Shown: positions 12,118-25,595 of the stretch, in pieces
How the letters are laid out: the number at the start of each line of letters is the position of its first letter
Numbering within the stretch: the first letter of the stretch is position 1
Source of the DNA: Octopus sinensis
Lineage: Eukaryota
Assembly: GCF_006345805.1 (NCBI RefSeq)
Contig: NC_043002.1
Span: 30,008,001-30,072,000 of the forward strand
Reading direction: 5' to 3'
Length of the DNA: 64,000 nucleotides
Notes under the pieces: generated by a model
Told to the model about the DNA's origin: nothing
Databases searched by the model: none
What the model saw: the letters and a program-made list of their open reading frames with translations, nothing else
Position numbers and translations under genes: made by a program

Positions 12118-13120
12118 ATGTTGTACTTGTCCAGAATAAAGAGTGGGAGAGGTTAGAACATCAGTCAGGATTACGTTGAAGCAGAGGAAAACACATTCGA
12201 GCAATGTGTAAAAAATGTAGTGGAACTGTTGCTGCTACGTTGCCGTAGTCCGTTATCGTCAAACTTAATAATTGTGTTATGACAGAAAATTTTATGTGAA
12301 AAAGAACACACAAAAAAGAAATGAAGTAAGAAAAAAATGCATGGCAAGTTTGTAAGCGGTATGAGGTCCAAGACATACAAAAGACCGGTGATTGTGAATG
12401 TGGGTGAGTGACCTGAAGATAGAAACAGAAGCACTTATGTGCGTGGCACAAGGATAAGTATTGAGGACGAACTATGTGTAGTGCAAATTTGATAACATAA
12501 CTGAGAACGACTAATGCAGAATGTTTGGCGAGAGGGGTGGCATATTGTTAGCGAATACCCGAAATTGGTACAACACGAATGCAAAAGACATGAAAATTTA
12601 GCAAAAATGATACATTGGGAGCTCTGTTGAAATTATGGCCTAGAAAGACTACAAGCGTGATATGACCAAATGCCAGGGTGTGTTTTGAGGATGAACATTG
12701 CAAAATCATGTGGGATGCAATGATTCAGTATATCTATCAGATATCGGAAACCTGACATTGTTATGGTGAACAAAAAAGAAAAGAAAACATGATAGTCGAT
12801 ATAGCATGTCTCAGTGACAACAGGATCGAAGAGAGAACGAAAGAAAAGTGAAGAACTATGATGGATTCAAATGGGAAATATGCAGTTTGTGAGCAATGAA
12901 GAGAGTGGGCGTGATACCTATATTGATTGGCACGTTTGGAAGTACCAGCATTCAAAAAGATTGGTACAAATGTAAAGATAGAGCAGCTACAAAAGTCACC
13001 ATTGCTTGGAATTGAAAGAGTTCTTCCCAGTGTTCTTGAAAGCATGATCAGTATACGCCAACTTAGTCTGCTGGCTGTGGTCAGCTGGTACTTACCATTG
13101 TACGAAGCAAAGTAAGCTGA
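12118..13120 (+). mobile_element. Decayed 5'-truncated R4/Dong-type non-LTR element
   Basis: LYLSR..GRG region, ETEALM..Q..LRTNY, knuckle remnant, KPDIVMVN and IVDIAC RLE motifs; homologous to 25800-26730. Confidence 0.8.
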
Positions 13121-13759
13121 GAATTTTAATTATATATATATATATATTATATATATATATATATAAAGAGAGAGATAGAGAGATAGACACATAGATAGAT
13201 TAGACACTCAGAGTTCTAGTGGTTGGATAAATGATATTAAAGGTAGATATATCATTAAAGCAGACATTCGCAAAATTTTTTTAGCGTCGGAAATGTATTT
13301 TGAGGCTTTTCTCAAGTCCCTTATGTTCTGAGTTCAGATCCTGCAAATGTAAAGTTTGCCTCTTATCTTATCGATGACATAGAGTACTAGCTGAGTATTG
13401 GATTCGTTGTTGTCGATTTAAACCCTGTTCTCAAAATTTGTTGGACTCGTGCCTAAGTTTAAATTATTGTGATAATGGGCACTCATTGGTGGCAGATGAA
13501 ATATCACCGGCATTTTATTTTCGTTCCGAGCGTCCAAGGATTTACATTTAAAGGGTAAATGAACTGAGAATCGGGGACTAGTATTCTTTAGGCATTTCCC
13601 AATTGGAAAAGAAAAGCCATAATTCCAAAGAGTAATAGATGTGAGCATCGAAACGAAATCAAGTTGTCTCAACTACGAAATCTTCACAAGACATCATGGC
13701 GCCCGACATTTCATTCCGTTCATTTCATTCTTTCCTGACATGTTCTCATTCGTACTTTT

Positions 13760-13799
13760 TCCATTCTCTCTCTCTCCCTCCTCTCTCTCTCCCTCTCTC

Positions 13800-13833
<34 letters not shown>

Positions 13834-13949
13834 TCCTCTCCGCTTCTCCTCTCTCCCTCTTCCTCTTTCTCTGTGTACATATGGATATGAAGTATATATA
13901 TATTTATATATATATATATCTTATACGTACATACATACATACATACATC

Positions 13950-14005
<56 letters not shown>

Positions 14006-14384
14006 TATATGTTATACGTACAGACATACATCATACATACATATATATATATATATATATGCATATGTGTGTCTGTGTATGTATATACGGTAGCTGCATG
14101 TATACATCTAGATATTCAATTGTTTGCTTTCTTTTTATATTTACCTTGCTTTGTTCTGTTTAGTGTTAATTATTTCTTTCAACAGTGAATACACACACGC
14201 AGCTATTTAAAAGGACTCACACACAACACAACACACACAGACACAGCATCAAGTATGTATATACAATACAAAAATATACACACCTACATACGTATTCCCC
14301 ACCTCTAACATACATCCATCCCTTTTACAGAATGACGTCTGTATAACTGAGCAAAGAAGTTTCCTGTATGTCTGTATGTCTGTA

Positions 14385-14415
<31 letters not shown>

Positions 14416-14558
14416 ATGTATGTATGTATGAATATGTATGTTGTATATATATATATATATATATATATGGGGGGTGTATGCATTTGTATGATTGTCCATA
14501 TATATGTGTACCTACATATGCACACACACATATACACACATACATATGTCGTTGTCTG

Positions 14559-14618
<60 letters not shown>

Positions 14619-14850
14619 GTGTGTGTGTGTGTGAGTGTGTGTGTGTGGTGTGTGAGTGCGTGAGTCTGCGTGTGTGTATGCATATACACACATATTTACA
14701 TACAAGCATAAAAAAACACATACGTAAGTACGTACATACATACGTACTAACCTACCTACCTACCTACCTACATACATACATACATACATACATACATACA
14801 TACATACATACATACATACATACATACATACATACATACATACATACATA
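13760..14850. repeat. Dinucleotide and tetranucleotide microsatellite field (TC, TA, CA, TACA, TGTC)
   Basis: Direct reading. Confidence 0.9.
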
Positions 14851-15315
14851 CATGCATACACACTTACCCGCACAGCTGCAATACATACACCAAACGATTT
14901 ATTCCTATAGACTCTATATGTTCCAATAATTTATACAACGTTCAGCCGGTGTTTAGAATCACAACAAAATACCGACATTTGGAGAAACACGTGATTTCAC
15001 TTTTAAGTTGCCCCTCGACATTTTAGTGACTTCAACCGTAGATCTGAGCTATTCAAAGACATTTTGACGGGCGCCGAAACAAGGATAAACTAACAGAAGA
15101 ATGGTAATAGCAACAGGGCGCTACATTAGGGAAATGTTTCGGCATATTCAAAGCCTCCCTGATGAGAATTTGAACTTGTAACCAGTAAATCGATAGAGTA
15201 TTATTTTACCATTTAGTAGCTGAACCGCCAAACAAAATCTCATTGGTACCCACGTTGTTTGTATTTGGAGTTTTCGTTTATTTCATTTAACAATGTGGTA
15301 TTATTATTATTATTA

Positions 15316-15374
<59 letters not shown>

Positions 15375-15750
15375 AGTAGCATTATTAGTAGTAGCATTAT
15401 TAGTAGTAGCAGTATTAGTATTAGTAGAAGTTGTTGGCGTTTTTACTGTTGTAGTAGTATTTTGTATTATCTTCTGAGATTAAGTTTGTTTTGTTTTGTT
15501 TTCATTAAATGTTTATATTAGAGTGACTTATTCTTTATGTCGGGATTGTTCCCACCTACATACATATAGCCATGCGTACACACATATACTTAAACCCACA
15601 CTGACATATATCTATGCACATATACATATACATACATATACTTATATATATGCACATATTTGTGGGTGTGTGTGTACACACACACACACAACACACACAT
15701 ATATATATATATAATATATATATAATTGTGTGTATGTGTGTGTGTGTCTG

Positions 15751-15843
<93 letters not shown>

Positions 15844-16368
15844 CTGTTTATGTGAGAATTTGCGAAGGGAGCATAAAGTAACATTATCCTTTGTTCTGTC
15901 CGTGAAAGTAAACTTTCTTGTACTGATATCTAAGATTTTACGTTTGAAGTCTTTCAATATCTCTTCCACCACCAACACATATGAACATAAAAACAAACAC
16001 ACACACACACACATGCACACACATGCATACGCCCTCACATACAGACTCATACACACGCGCGCACGCACACATACACATACGCATGTATGTATGCCGAATC
16101 AAAATACAAAATAGTAGTCAAATATCATTGACAATTTACGCTCACTGTCCCAAGTATTAACTGATAATCTTGCTAGTTCGTTGATATGAAACTACTACAT
16201 TAAATATTGTGACAATATATATATATCCTGATATACATATATATATATGTATATATGTATATATGTATATATATATATGATTTACATATATATATACAAA
16301 CATACATGCATACATACATGCATACATACATGCATACATACATACATACATACATACATACATAATAC

Positions 16369-16401
<33 letters not shown>

Positions 16402-16594
16402 GGTAAACATTAAATTAAATACAGACATGGACAAGAACAATGAAACACCACAGAGACGACACAAGAACCACAGGACGGGACATTCGAAGCCCTCAGTCAT
16501 CATCAAGAACAATCATCTAGCAATTCGGCTGATTAATCTTGAGATTGCTCCGATATGGCCAGCCCGCCAAGGGAAATCTAAGCCAAGCGCATTA

Positions 16595-16625
<31 letters not shown>

Positions 16626-16627
16626 AT

Positions 16628-16678
<51 letters not shown>

Positions 16679-16680
16679 TT

Positions 16681-17450
16681 TATATAAGATCTTTTCAGTT
16701 TCGCGCACAAGCTTTTTTAATCATTATTTTTTATCTAAACAGTTTGAAACTTCGTATATTGATGTAATTTCTGACGCTGAAGACTGTTTACTTTCAAAAT
16801 TTTGACAAAATTTTGTATTTTAGAAGTCATTTCCTGTTAAATTTGTATTCGGGTAATTTTAACCAATCAACGATGTGTATTCAGCTGAAGAAAGCTACTG
16901 CTGTTTGCGATAGTAATCGAAGAGCAACAACATCAAGGACATCTCTACTAAATGTCACTATTCTGTTCTATCTTATTTTTGTTTACTGCCTGTATTGCAT
17001 ATTACACATTTTTTTCCTATTTCGTGCTTTTGCTTTTCGATCGCCTCTTTTTACGAATGGTGAGAATGCAAATGTACGATCGAAAAGCAAAAAAAAAAAA
17101 AAAACAAAAAAAATAATAAAAAACGTGTGATATGCAAAACTGGCAGTAAATAAAAATAAAAGGGAACAGAATGGTGAGATTTAGTAGAGATGATCCAGAA
17201 CATGTTCGATTGGTATTGCAAACAGCAGTAGCGTTCTTCAGCTGAATACACGTCGTTGATTGGTTAAAATTACCCAAAATACGACAACTTTAACACAAAA
17301 TAACTTCTAAAATAACAAATTATTTCAAAAATATTGAAAGTAAACCGTGTTCAGAGTAAGAAATTATACCAGTATACGAAGTTGAAAACTGTTTAGGTAA
17401 AAAATATATAAGTGAGAAATCTGTGAGCGAAACTGAAGATATCCTATATA
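16681..17450. mobile_element. About 770-bp fold-back element (long imperfect inverted arms), MITE-like
   Basis: Arms about 16681-17043 and 17077-17450 are reverse complements (termini TATATAAGATCTTTTCAGTTTCGCGCACA / TGTGAGCGAAACTGAAGATATCCTATATA); 33-nt spacer. Confidence 0.85.
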
Positions 17451-17574
17451 TATATATATGCATACACACACATATATATATATATGTGTGTATGTAAGTA
17501 TGTATGTATGTATGAATGTATGTATGTATGTATGTATGTATGTATGTATGTATGTATGTATGTATGTATGTATA

Positions 17575-17757
17575 GTCGCTGGCGTGGTTGTGTGGTAAGA
17601 AGGCTGCTTCACAACAACATGGTCTCGGGTTCAGTCCTACTCAGTGACATCTTCGGCAAGTGTCTTCTAGTATTGCTTGAGGCCGACCAAATCATTGTCA
17701 GTGGATTTAGTACACGGAAACTGAAAGAATCTTGTCGTATATGTATATACATGTGTG
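17575..17757 (+). mobile_element. tRNA-derived SINE family C (CORE-like); other copies at about 33322-33490 and 37383-37520
   Basis: GGCGTGGTTGTGTGGTAAG A-box region, GGGTTCAGTCC B box, GGCAAGTGTCTT core, ACGGAAACTGAAAGAA end. Confidence 0.8.
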
Positions 17758-18239
17758 TCTGTGTGTGTGTTTGTGTACATGTTTGTCCAACCCCACAACA
17801 ACCACAAGACTTAGCGGTTCGACTTAAAAAGTACTGGGTTGATTCATTCGACTAAAATGCTTCATGAAACAAGTAAGCGATAAAAGATAAATATATTATG
17901 TATATTGTGTGTGTGTGTGTATTTCCCTTTAAGTATGAGCATTATAAATGGAAATAATTATGTAACAATTTTTTACTTATAGTTAATTTGAAGATATAAT
18001 TAGAGATAGCGACATTTTGGAATCGTATGATTTCTTTAACTTAATGGTATCGTTTCTCATTCGCATATATATAGTTCACTTATGATATATTGCTGTTGTT
18101 GCAGTTGTTGTTGTTGTTGTTGCCGTTGTTGTTGTTGTTGCTGTTGGTGGTGGTGGTGGTGATTCACACTTGCTTGGGCGGATCTAAAATGAACCACAAT
18201 TTATAATTCATCATTATCATTGTTATTATAGCATCATCA

Positions 18240-18461
18240 TTATCTTGTTCTTCTTCTTCTTCTTCTTCTTCTTCTTCTCTTCTTCTTCTTCTCTTCTTCT
18301 TCTTCTTCTTCTTCTTCTTCTTCTTCTTCTTCTTCTTCTTCTTTTTCTTCTTCTTCTTCTTCTTCTTCTTCTTCTTCTTCTTTAATCGTCATCATCACAT
18401 TCATCGCCACCACCAGCAGATGAAGCTGCAGCAACAGAAGCAGCGTCAAAGGCGGTAGTAG

Positions 18462-18548
<87 letters not shown>
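18240..18548. repeat. Compound (TTC)n, (AGC)n and (AGT)n tracts
   Basis: Direct reading. Confidence 0.9.
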
Positions 18549-18802
18549 GTATCAATCAGAACAACACGAAGAAATAAGCAGTGATTAACTTCGTCGAAAG
18601 TTATCACTACATGTCGCTGAAATGTTTACGAGATGTGCTGCTCTGGGCCCAAACTGTATCCTCTTATTTCAATTGTGTTGATACCAGTCATTGTTTTAGC
18701 GATGCAGTTATTGATGTTTTTAATCATCTATTGATAACACTCAAGATAGATAGCATCGTGGAATAGCAAAAGACAAGTCAAGTAATGTATAAACATCGAT
18801 CA

Positions 18803-19196
18803 GTGGAGGCGCAATGGCCCAGTGGTTAGGGCAGCGGACTCGCGGTCATAGGATTGCGGTTTCGATTCCCAGACCGGGTGTTGTGAGTGTTTATTGAGCG
18901 AAAACACCTAAAAAGCTCCACGAGGCTCCGGCAGGGGATGGTGGTGATCCCTGCTGTACTCTTTCACCACAACTTTCTCTCACTCTTACTTCCTGTTTCT
19001 GTTGTACCTGTGTTTCAAGGGGCCGGTCTTGTCACTGTCTGTGTCACGCTGAATATCCCGAGAACTACGTTAAGGGTGCACGTGTCTGTGGAGTGCTCAG
19101 CCACTTACACGTTAATTTCACGAGCGGGCTGTTCCGTTGATTCGGATCAAACGTAACCCTCATCGTCGAAACCGACGGAGTGCTTCCATTCCATTC
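18803..19196 (+). mobile_element. Full-length family B tRNA-SINE
   Basis: A box TGGCCCAGTGG, B box GGTTTCGATTCC, (TTCCA)n end, 12-bp TSD AAACATCGATCA at 18791-18802 and 19197-19208. Confidence 0.92.
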
Positions 19197-19522
19197 AAAC
19201 ATCGATCATTGGAGGTTTCGGATAATGACCAAACGTCATAACCGGGAATGAATCTCGCATCTGTTAAAAGTTAAACACAGTCCTTTTCGTTGTTGACCTG
19301 CTCAACTAATATACGCATACTTCTCCCATCATAGATACAATGAAAGGTGATTCCTGTTAAGTACATATCATATAGGAATTTCAATATATTTTGCAAACAA
19401 TTTGTAAAACAAGCATGAATCAAAAGTTGGAAAATAGTTTAAAAGTTCTTACAGTACTTAATGAAATTATAAATGGGAAGATACAAATGATACAAATTAT
19501 TATTATTATTATATTATTATTA

Positions 19523-19571
<49 letters not shown>

Positions 19572-19573
<2 letters not shown>

Positions 19574-19980
19574 GAACTGGCTGAAACGTTTGCACGCTGG
19601 ACGAAATGCTAAGCAGTATTTCGCCCGTCACTACGTTCTCAGTTCGAATTCCGCCGAGGTCGACTTTGCCTTTTTATCCTTTTCTGGGTCGATAAATTAA
19701 GTACGAGTGAAACACTAGGTTTGATGTTATCGATCCATTCCGTCCTCCAAATTTGCTGCTCATGCGTCAAAATTTGAGCTGGCAGAATCGTTAGCACGCT
19801 AGGCGAAATGTTTAGCGGTATTTATTCCGTTGCTACGTTCTGAGGTCCAGTTTCGCCGGAGCCGACTTTGCCTTTCATCCTTTCGAGGTAGATAAAATAA
19901 GTACTAGTTGAACTCTGAGGTCGATGTAATCGACTCATCCCCTCCCTCAAAAGTGCTGTCCTAGTGGCAAGATTTGAAAC
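19572..19980 (+). mobile_element. Two adjacent family A SINEs (tail ii) running into (ATC)n(TTC)n
   Basis: Two heads (CTGGCTGAAACGTT, CTGGCAGAATCGTTAGC) each followed by the core. Confidence 0.8.
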
Positions 19981-20014
<34 letters not shown>

Positions 20015-20694
20015 GTCGTCGTCGTCGTCTTCTTCTTCTTCTTCTTCTTCTTCTTTCTTCTTTCTTCTTCTCTTCTTCTTCTTCTTCTCTTCTTCTTCTT
20101 CTTCTTCTTCTCCTCCTCCTTCTTCTTCTTCCTCTTCTTCTTTTCCTTTTTTCTTCATCATCATTCAGTAAAAAAAAAGGAAGAAAGAAACAATAGAAAA
20201 CGGTTAAAAATCAACAAAGGTGTGCGTATGAATCACTGTTGATTGAACCGTTACCAAAGTAAATGACACTAGCAAAGCGTTCAGGCACTCGCCGGACACC
20301 ACACTCTTTACTCTTACTAATCCTTGGCTATCATATATCGCTCAAATATATATCGCTATCCTAGGCTAACACCAACGCAAATTGGAACCGTTTTTGCTAT
20401 TCTATTTCTTTCATTTTTGTTAGTTTTTCGTTGGATTTGCATTTCATCTTCTTCCTGTTAAATTTTGTTATCGGCACCATTGTTTGCATGTACGTGCATA
20501 TAAATATATACATATATATGCATGCGTGTATATACACGTGCGCCCGTATAACCACCTTCCCCTCATACATATATATAAACACGTAATTTATGATTTCATT
20601 TCGGCATAGCGATACTAATAACTAATGTTAGAACTGAATCTATAAATGCTTCAGAATGAAGTGTAGGCGAATATAAAGCACGGTATGAAAGTAA

Positions 20695-21085
20695 AAAGGG
20701 AGGAGCACTCCGTCGGTTGCGACGATGAGGGTCCCAGCTGATACGATCAACGGAACAGCTTGCTCGTGATATTAACGTGCAAGTGGCTGAGCACTCCACA
20801 GACACGTGTACCCTTAACGTAGTTCTAAGGAGATTCAGCGTGACACAGAGAATGTGACAAGGCTGGCCCTTTGAAATACAGGTACAAGAGAAACAGGAAG
20901 AAAGAGCGAGAGAAAGTTGTGGTGAAAGAGTACAGCAGGATTCACCACCACCCCCTGCCGGAGCCTCGTGGAGCTTTAGGTGTTTTCGCTCAATAAACAC
21001 TCACAATGCCCGACCTGGGAATCGAAACCACGATCCTCCGACCGCGAGTCCGCTGCCCTAACCACTGGGCCATTGCACCTCCACT
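20695..21085 (-). mobile_element. Full-length family B tRNA-SINE
   Basis: Reverse complement of 18803-19196; 13-bp TSD GGTATGAAAGTAA at 20682-20694 and 21086-21098. Confidence 0.92.
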
Positions 21086-21137
21086 GGTATGAAAGTAAGT
21101 AATAACAACAAGAACAGGAAATTTACGTATACTCAGA

Positions 21138-21175
<38 letters not shown>

Positions 21176-21185
21176 TTTATTATAA

Positions 21186-21257
<72 letters not shown>

Positions 21258-21263
21258 TATATA

Positions 21264-21573
21264 TGAGAAAAAGTGACAGGCAACAGGTTGCTTGGCCGCA
21301 TACCGAAAAATTAGAAATAGCAGTCAAGCTGTTTATTTCTATTTTCTACAAGTGGGGATCCACACACGACATACCCTGTAATTCACATATGCAAAACAGA
21401 AGGAATAGAGATAACCGCCACATTTTCTTTTCGTTATCTATTCCTTCTGTTTTGCATATGTGAATTACAGGGTATGTCGTGTGTGGAGCCACACTTGTAG
21501 AAAATAGAAACAAACAGTCTTGACTGCTATTTCTAATTTTTCGGTATGCGGCCAAGGCTGTCTTTTTTTCTTA
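21264..21573. mobile_element. Near-perfect about 310-bp palindromic MITE/fold-back next to (TA)n
   Basis: 21291-21415 is the reverse complement of 21433-21556 with few mismatches or indels; 17-nt loop; outer termini TGAGAAAAA / TTTTTCTTA. Confidence 0.9.
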
Positions 21574-21698
21574 TATACAGTATATATACTGAACTTTACA
21601 GAAGTTACTACCGTTAATCGGCTATATTTATATACCGAATTCTACCAGTAAATAATTGTGGTCTTTTTTTAAAAACCCCATTATAGAAATTATTTACT

Positions 21699-21753
<55 letters not shown>

Positions 21754-21759
21754 TATATA

Positions 21760-21859
21760 NNNNNNNNNNNNNNNNNNNNNNNNNNNNNNNNNNNNNNNNN
21801 NNNNNNNNNNNNNNNNNNNNNNNNNNNNNNNNNNNNNNNNNNNNNNNNNNNNNNNNNNN
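21760..21859. other. Scaffold gap (100 N)
   Basis: Direct reading. Confidence 1.
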
Positions 21860-22177
21860 CAGACTAGAGCACTAATCATCTGAAAGAAACTTTACTTCTT
21901 TCTTAGAAAGAGCTGTCCTCAGAGCAGCTTAGAGCGAGATTTAAACGAAAATTTTCCTTAAATTAATCCTCTAAATAATAAAAAGAAAAACATTATTTCT
22001 TCCATAAGTGGCGGTAATTTGGGTCCGTGGTTGTCTCTGTCTGTATGTGTACGTGCTTTTGAGCGCGTGTGTGTGCGTGTGTGCGTATTTGTGTGTGTTT
22101 GTAGGTGTACGTGTATGTCTGTTGAGAATATGCTTGTGTGTGAGAACAAATAATTGTGAATACATATGAATCTGAAC

Positions 22178-22222
<45 letters not shown>

Positions 22223-22258
22223 TATAGATATAATATATATATATAATGTTGTGTGTGT

Positions 22259-22293
<35 letters not shown>

Positions 22294-22464
22294 ATGTGTT
22301 GTGTGCGTGCGTGTGTGTGTGAACAGCACGTTGTGCATGGGTGTGTATATGTCAGTGTGGATATCTATTTTCACTAGATTATCTCACTAAACATCACTTA
22401 CGAGTTATTATCGGTGTTTGTTGGGGATTTTATGCGCGCATGTGATGCATGTTTGTGCTTACGT

Positions 22465-22503
<39 letters not shown>

Positions 22504-22609
22504 TGTGTGTATGTGTTTGTGTATTTATACATATATATAAAAACGCATTTAATTTTTCTCTACGTCTATATTTGCGTGTTGGTGTTTTAATAATAATAAT
22601 AATGATAAA

Positions 22610-22690
<81 letters not shown>

Positions 22691-22692
<2 letters not shown>

Positions 22693-23680
22693 TTTCTTCC
22701 ACTGGCCACAAGAGCCCAAGACATGGAGGACAATATCGAAGGATGAATTACAACATACACCCACACAAAAATACAACAAAGCAAAAATTACAAATCATTT
22801 GGGCTTAACATCGATCAGGTGGAGATACTATGGTATCATAGGATATAACATAGGATATATAAAGTAGAGAAATAAATAATATATAAATAAAATCCCCAAT
22901 AGCAGGACAATCTACTTCGGGTAATTCGGGGTAAATCCCACACAAATATCCTAGATTAAACTGCCAAGAACAATAATAATCGCAATGATAATAATGATTT
23001 ATTTGTTCAAAAATATTATTAGAAACTGGAAAACAGTTTTGATTTCTGGTGGAAGAGAAGTTGGGTAAGTTGACATCAAAAGTGGAATTTCTCAAGGAGA
23101 CTATTGTCAGCTTTATTGCTTATTATTTGTATGTTACAGCACCCCATGGTTCTGAGAAAAACGGGAACTTGTTATAAACTACGGAAATCTGATGTTTAGA
23201 GATAATTTAAAGCTAGCAGTTGTCAATTGGTTTACCTTATTCAGTCTGTACGAATTTTCTCTCAAGATTTTGGGATGACATTTGGTATAGAGAAATAAGC
23301 TGTTTTAAACTATCAAGAGGGTGCAATGTAGACAGCAGTACACCTTCCACATGATGAGCAGTTAAGAGAAGTGAACGGAGAGCGTTGCAAATATTTTGGT
23401 GTTTTACAACCAAGCCAAATGATGAACACCAAAATGTAGGAGAAAATATCTTCTGAATATGCCAGAAGAGTTAAAAAGTTATGTTGGTCTAAACTAAATG
23501 GAGGGACCTGATGAGAGGCATCAACGTGTGGTCTGTAGCTATGATACTTTACAATGCAAGTGTTGTGGAATGGACAAAGGAAGAGCTTGGCAACATGGAG
23601 GAAAAGACGTGGGAAGTAATGGTTAGGCATTCATGCCTTCATGCAAGAAGTAACGTAACAAGGCAATACTTACCTAGGAA
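22691..23680 (+). mobile_element. Decayed R4/Dong-type RT fragment, interrupted by a SINE
   Basis: NWKTVL..VDIKSGISQGD RT motif region, then RGINVWSVAMILY..WTKEEL..LHARSNVTRQYLPRKGG; starts right after (AAT)n. Confidence 0.75.
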
Positions 23681-23905
23681 AGGCGGCGAGCTGGCAGAAA
23701 CGTTAGCATGCCGGGCGAAATGCTTCGCGGTATTTCGTCTGCGGTTATGTTCTGAGTTCAAATTCCACCGAGGTCGACTTTGCCTTTAATCTTTTCGGGC
23801 TCGACAAATTAAGTACCAGTTACGCAGAGGGGTCGATATAGTCGACTTAATCCCTTGGTCTGTCCTTGTTTGTTCCCTCTATGTTTAGTCCCTTGTGGGC
23901 AGTAA
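23680..23905 (+). mobile_element. Family A SINE (tail i) followed by (ATT)n
   Basis: AGGCGGCGAGCTGGCAGAAACGTTAGC head through GTGGGCAGTAAA tail. Confidence 0.9.
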
Positions 23906-23934
23906 AAAAATTATTATTATTTTTATTATCATCA

Positions 23935-23996
<62 letters not shown>

Positions 23997-24015
23997 TTCA
24001 TCATCATCATCACTA

Positions 24016-24048
<33 letters not shown>

Positions 24049-24331
24049 TATTATTATTATATTATTATTATTATTATTATTATTGTTGTTGTTGTTGCTG
24101 CTATTCACTTAACTGATTTATCTAAGTCTATGTCACGTCTCAGCTCCATATCGAAGCTTAGAGACATAAAACTTTCCTCAACACATGAGCTATTTTCGGG
24201 CTCGACAAATTAAGTACCAGTAACGCAGAGGGGTCGATATATTCGACTTAATCCCTTGGTCTGTCCTTGTTTGTTCCCTCTATGTTTAGTCCCTTGTGGG
24301 CAGTAAAAAAATATTATTATTATTATTATCA

Positions 24332-24387
<56 letters not shown>

Positions 24388-24485
24388 GTTGTTGTTGTTG
24401 CTGCTATTCACTTAACTGATTTATCTAAGTCTATGTCACGTCTCAGCTTAGAGACATAAAACTTTCCTCAACACATGAGCTATTT
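23792..24485. repeat. Tandem duplication (units 23792-24192 and 24193-24485)
   Basis: Both units start TTTTCGGGCTCGACAAATT and end ACACATGAGCTATTT. Confidence 0.9.
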
Positions 24486-24499
24486 CAAGTATTGCTGCT

Positions 24500-24856
24500 A
24501 TCAGAGTACTTCTTAAGGACTACTAAAAGATGAAATTGCAATAATGTGAGCAATGAGGAGAGTAACTGTTACACCAGTAGTTGTTGGGACACTCAGAGCA
24601 CTAAGAACCAGGTTCGAGAAATATGTGGGAGAGATTGTAATTGACATGAGGGTAGAACGGGCCAAAAAAATTGCACTTTTTGAGATATCTAATATTTCGA
24701 GTTTGGTACTTGGGTATTGAGTGTTTTCTACGATAATTAATATCCAAATACCAAAGCTTATAATTTGCGACAAGAATCCCTGTGTGACCTTTGGTAACAA
24801 GTTGCCCTCCGCTCTCAAAACCGAGCAAGTAAGACTGAAACCTCCGAGAAGTAAAA
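24500..24856 (+). mobile_element. R4/Dong-type 3' end (RLE C-terminus + UTR) followed by (AAT)n
   Basis: LKDEIAIM*AMRRVTVTPVVVGTLRAL. Confidence 0.7.
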
Positions 24857-24876
24857 TAGTAATAATAATGATGATG

Positions 24877-24982
<106 letters not shown>

Positions 24983-24984
24983 TG

Positions 24985-25042
<58 letters not shown>

Positions 25043-25060
25043 TAATAATAATAATAATAA

Positions 25061-25557
25061 CGACCATCAAGGCCAATAAACCAGATATTGTTGTGAAAGA
25101 CCAAAACAATAAAGTTGCTTATGATCGACATGAGCATCCCCTGTGATCATAATATCTCAGCGAAAGAGTTTGACAAGCTCAGAAAATATAAAGACCTACT
25201 CATTGAATTGAGAAAATGTGGCATCTCAAGGCGGTTACAATACAGTGATCGTAGGAGCACTAGGAATGATCAAGAAGGGAACCGAAAATTATATGAGAAT
25301 GATCCCTGGCTTACCATCCCTGCAAGAGTGCAAAAGATTGTCTTAACTGGTACATCACACGTATTGAGAAGAGCATTGTCGATGTGAGAACTGTTGCTGC
25401 TCATGTATTTTAATTTAACTTAAAAAAAAAAATGAACGAACTATTGAGTTTGGTTTAATGGCCTACCAATGTATACTATGAGTTTCTTTGCCCTAGGAGT
25501 CGGGAAGACACTCGGCAAGAAATGGAAGCAAATTTGAAAGAAGAAAAAAAAGTAAAA
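25061..25557 (+). mobile_element. R4/Dong-type 3' fragment within (AAT)n
   Basis: IKANKPDIVVKD and IDMSIPCDHNISAKEFDKLRKYKDL RLE motifs. Confidence 0.85.
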
Positions 25558-25595
25558 GTAATAATAATAATGATAATAATAATAAAAATAATAGA

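Noticed and set aside
15130-15205. CCTGATGAG as another hammerhead core
   Set aside because: The downstream GAAA is replaced by GATA and stems I and III cannot be formed
18803-18880. tRNA gene
   Set aside because: A and B boxes are present but continue into a SINE body with tail and TSD; no complete cloverleaf
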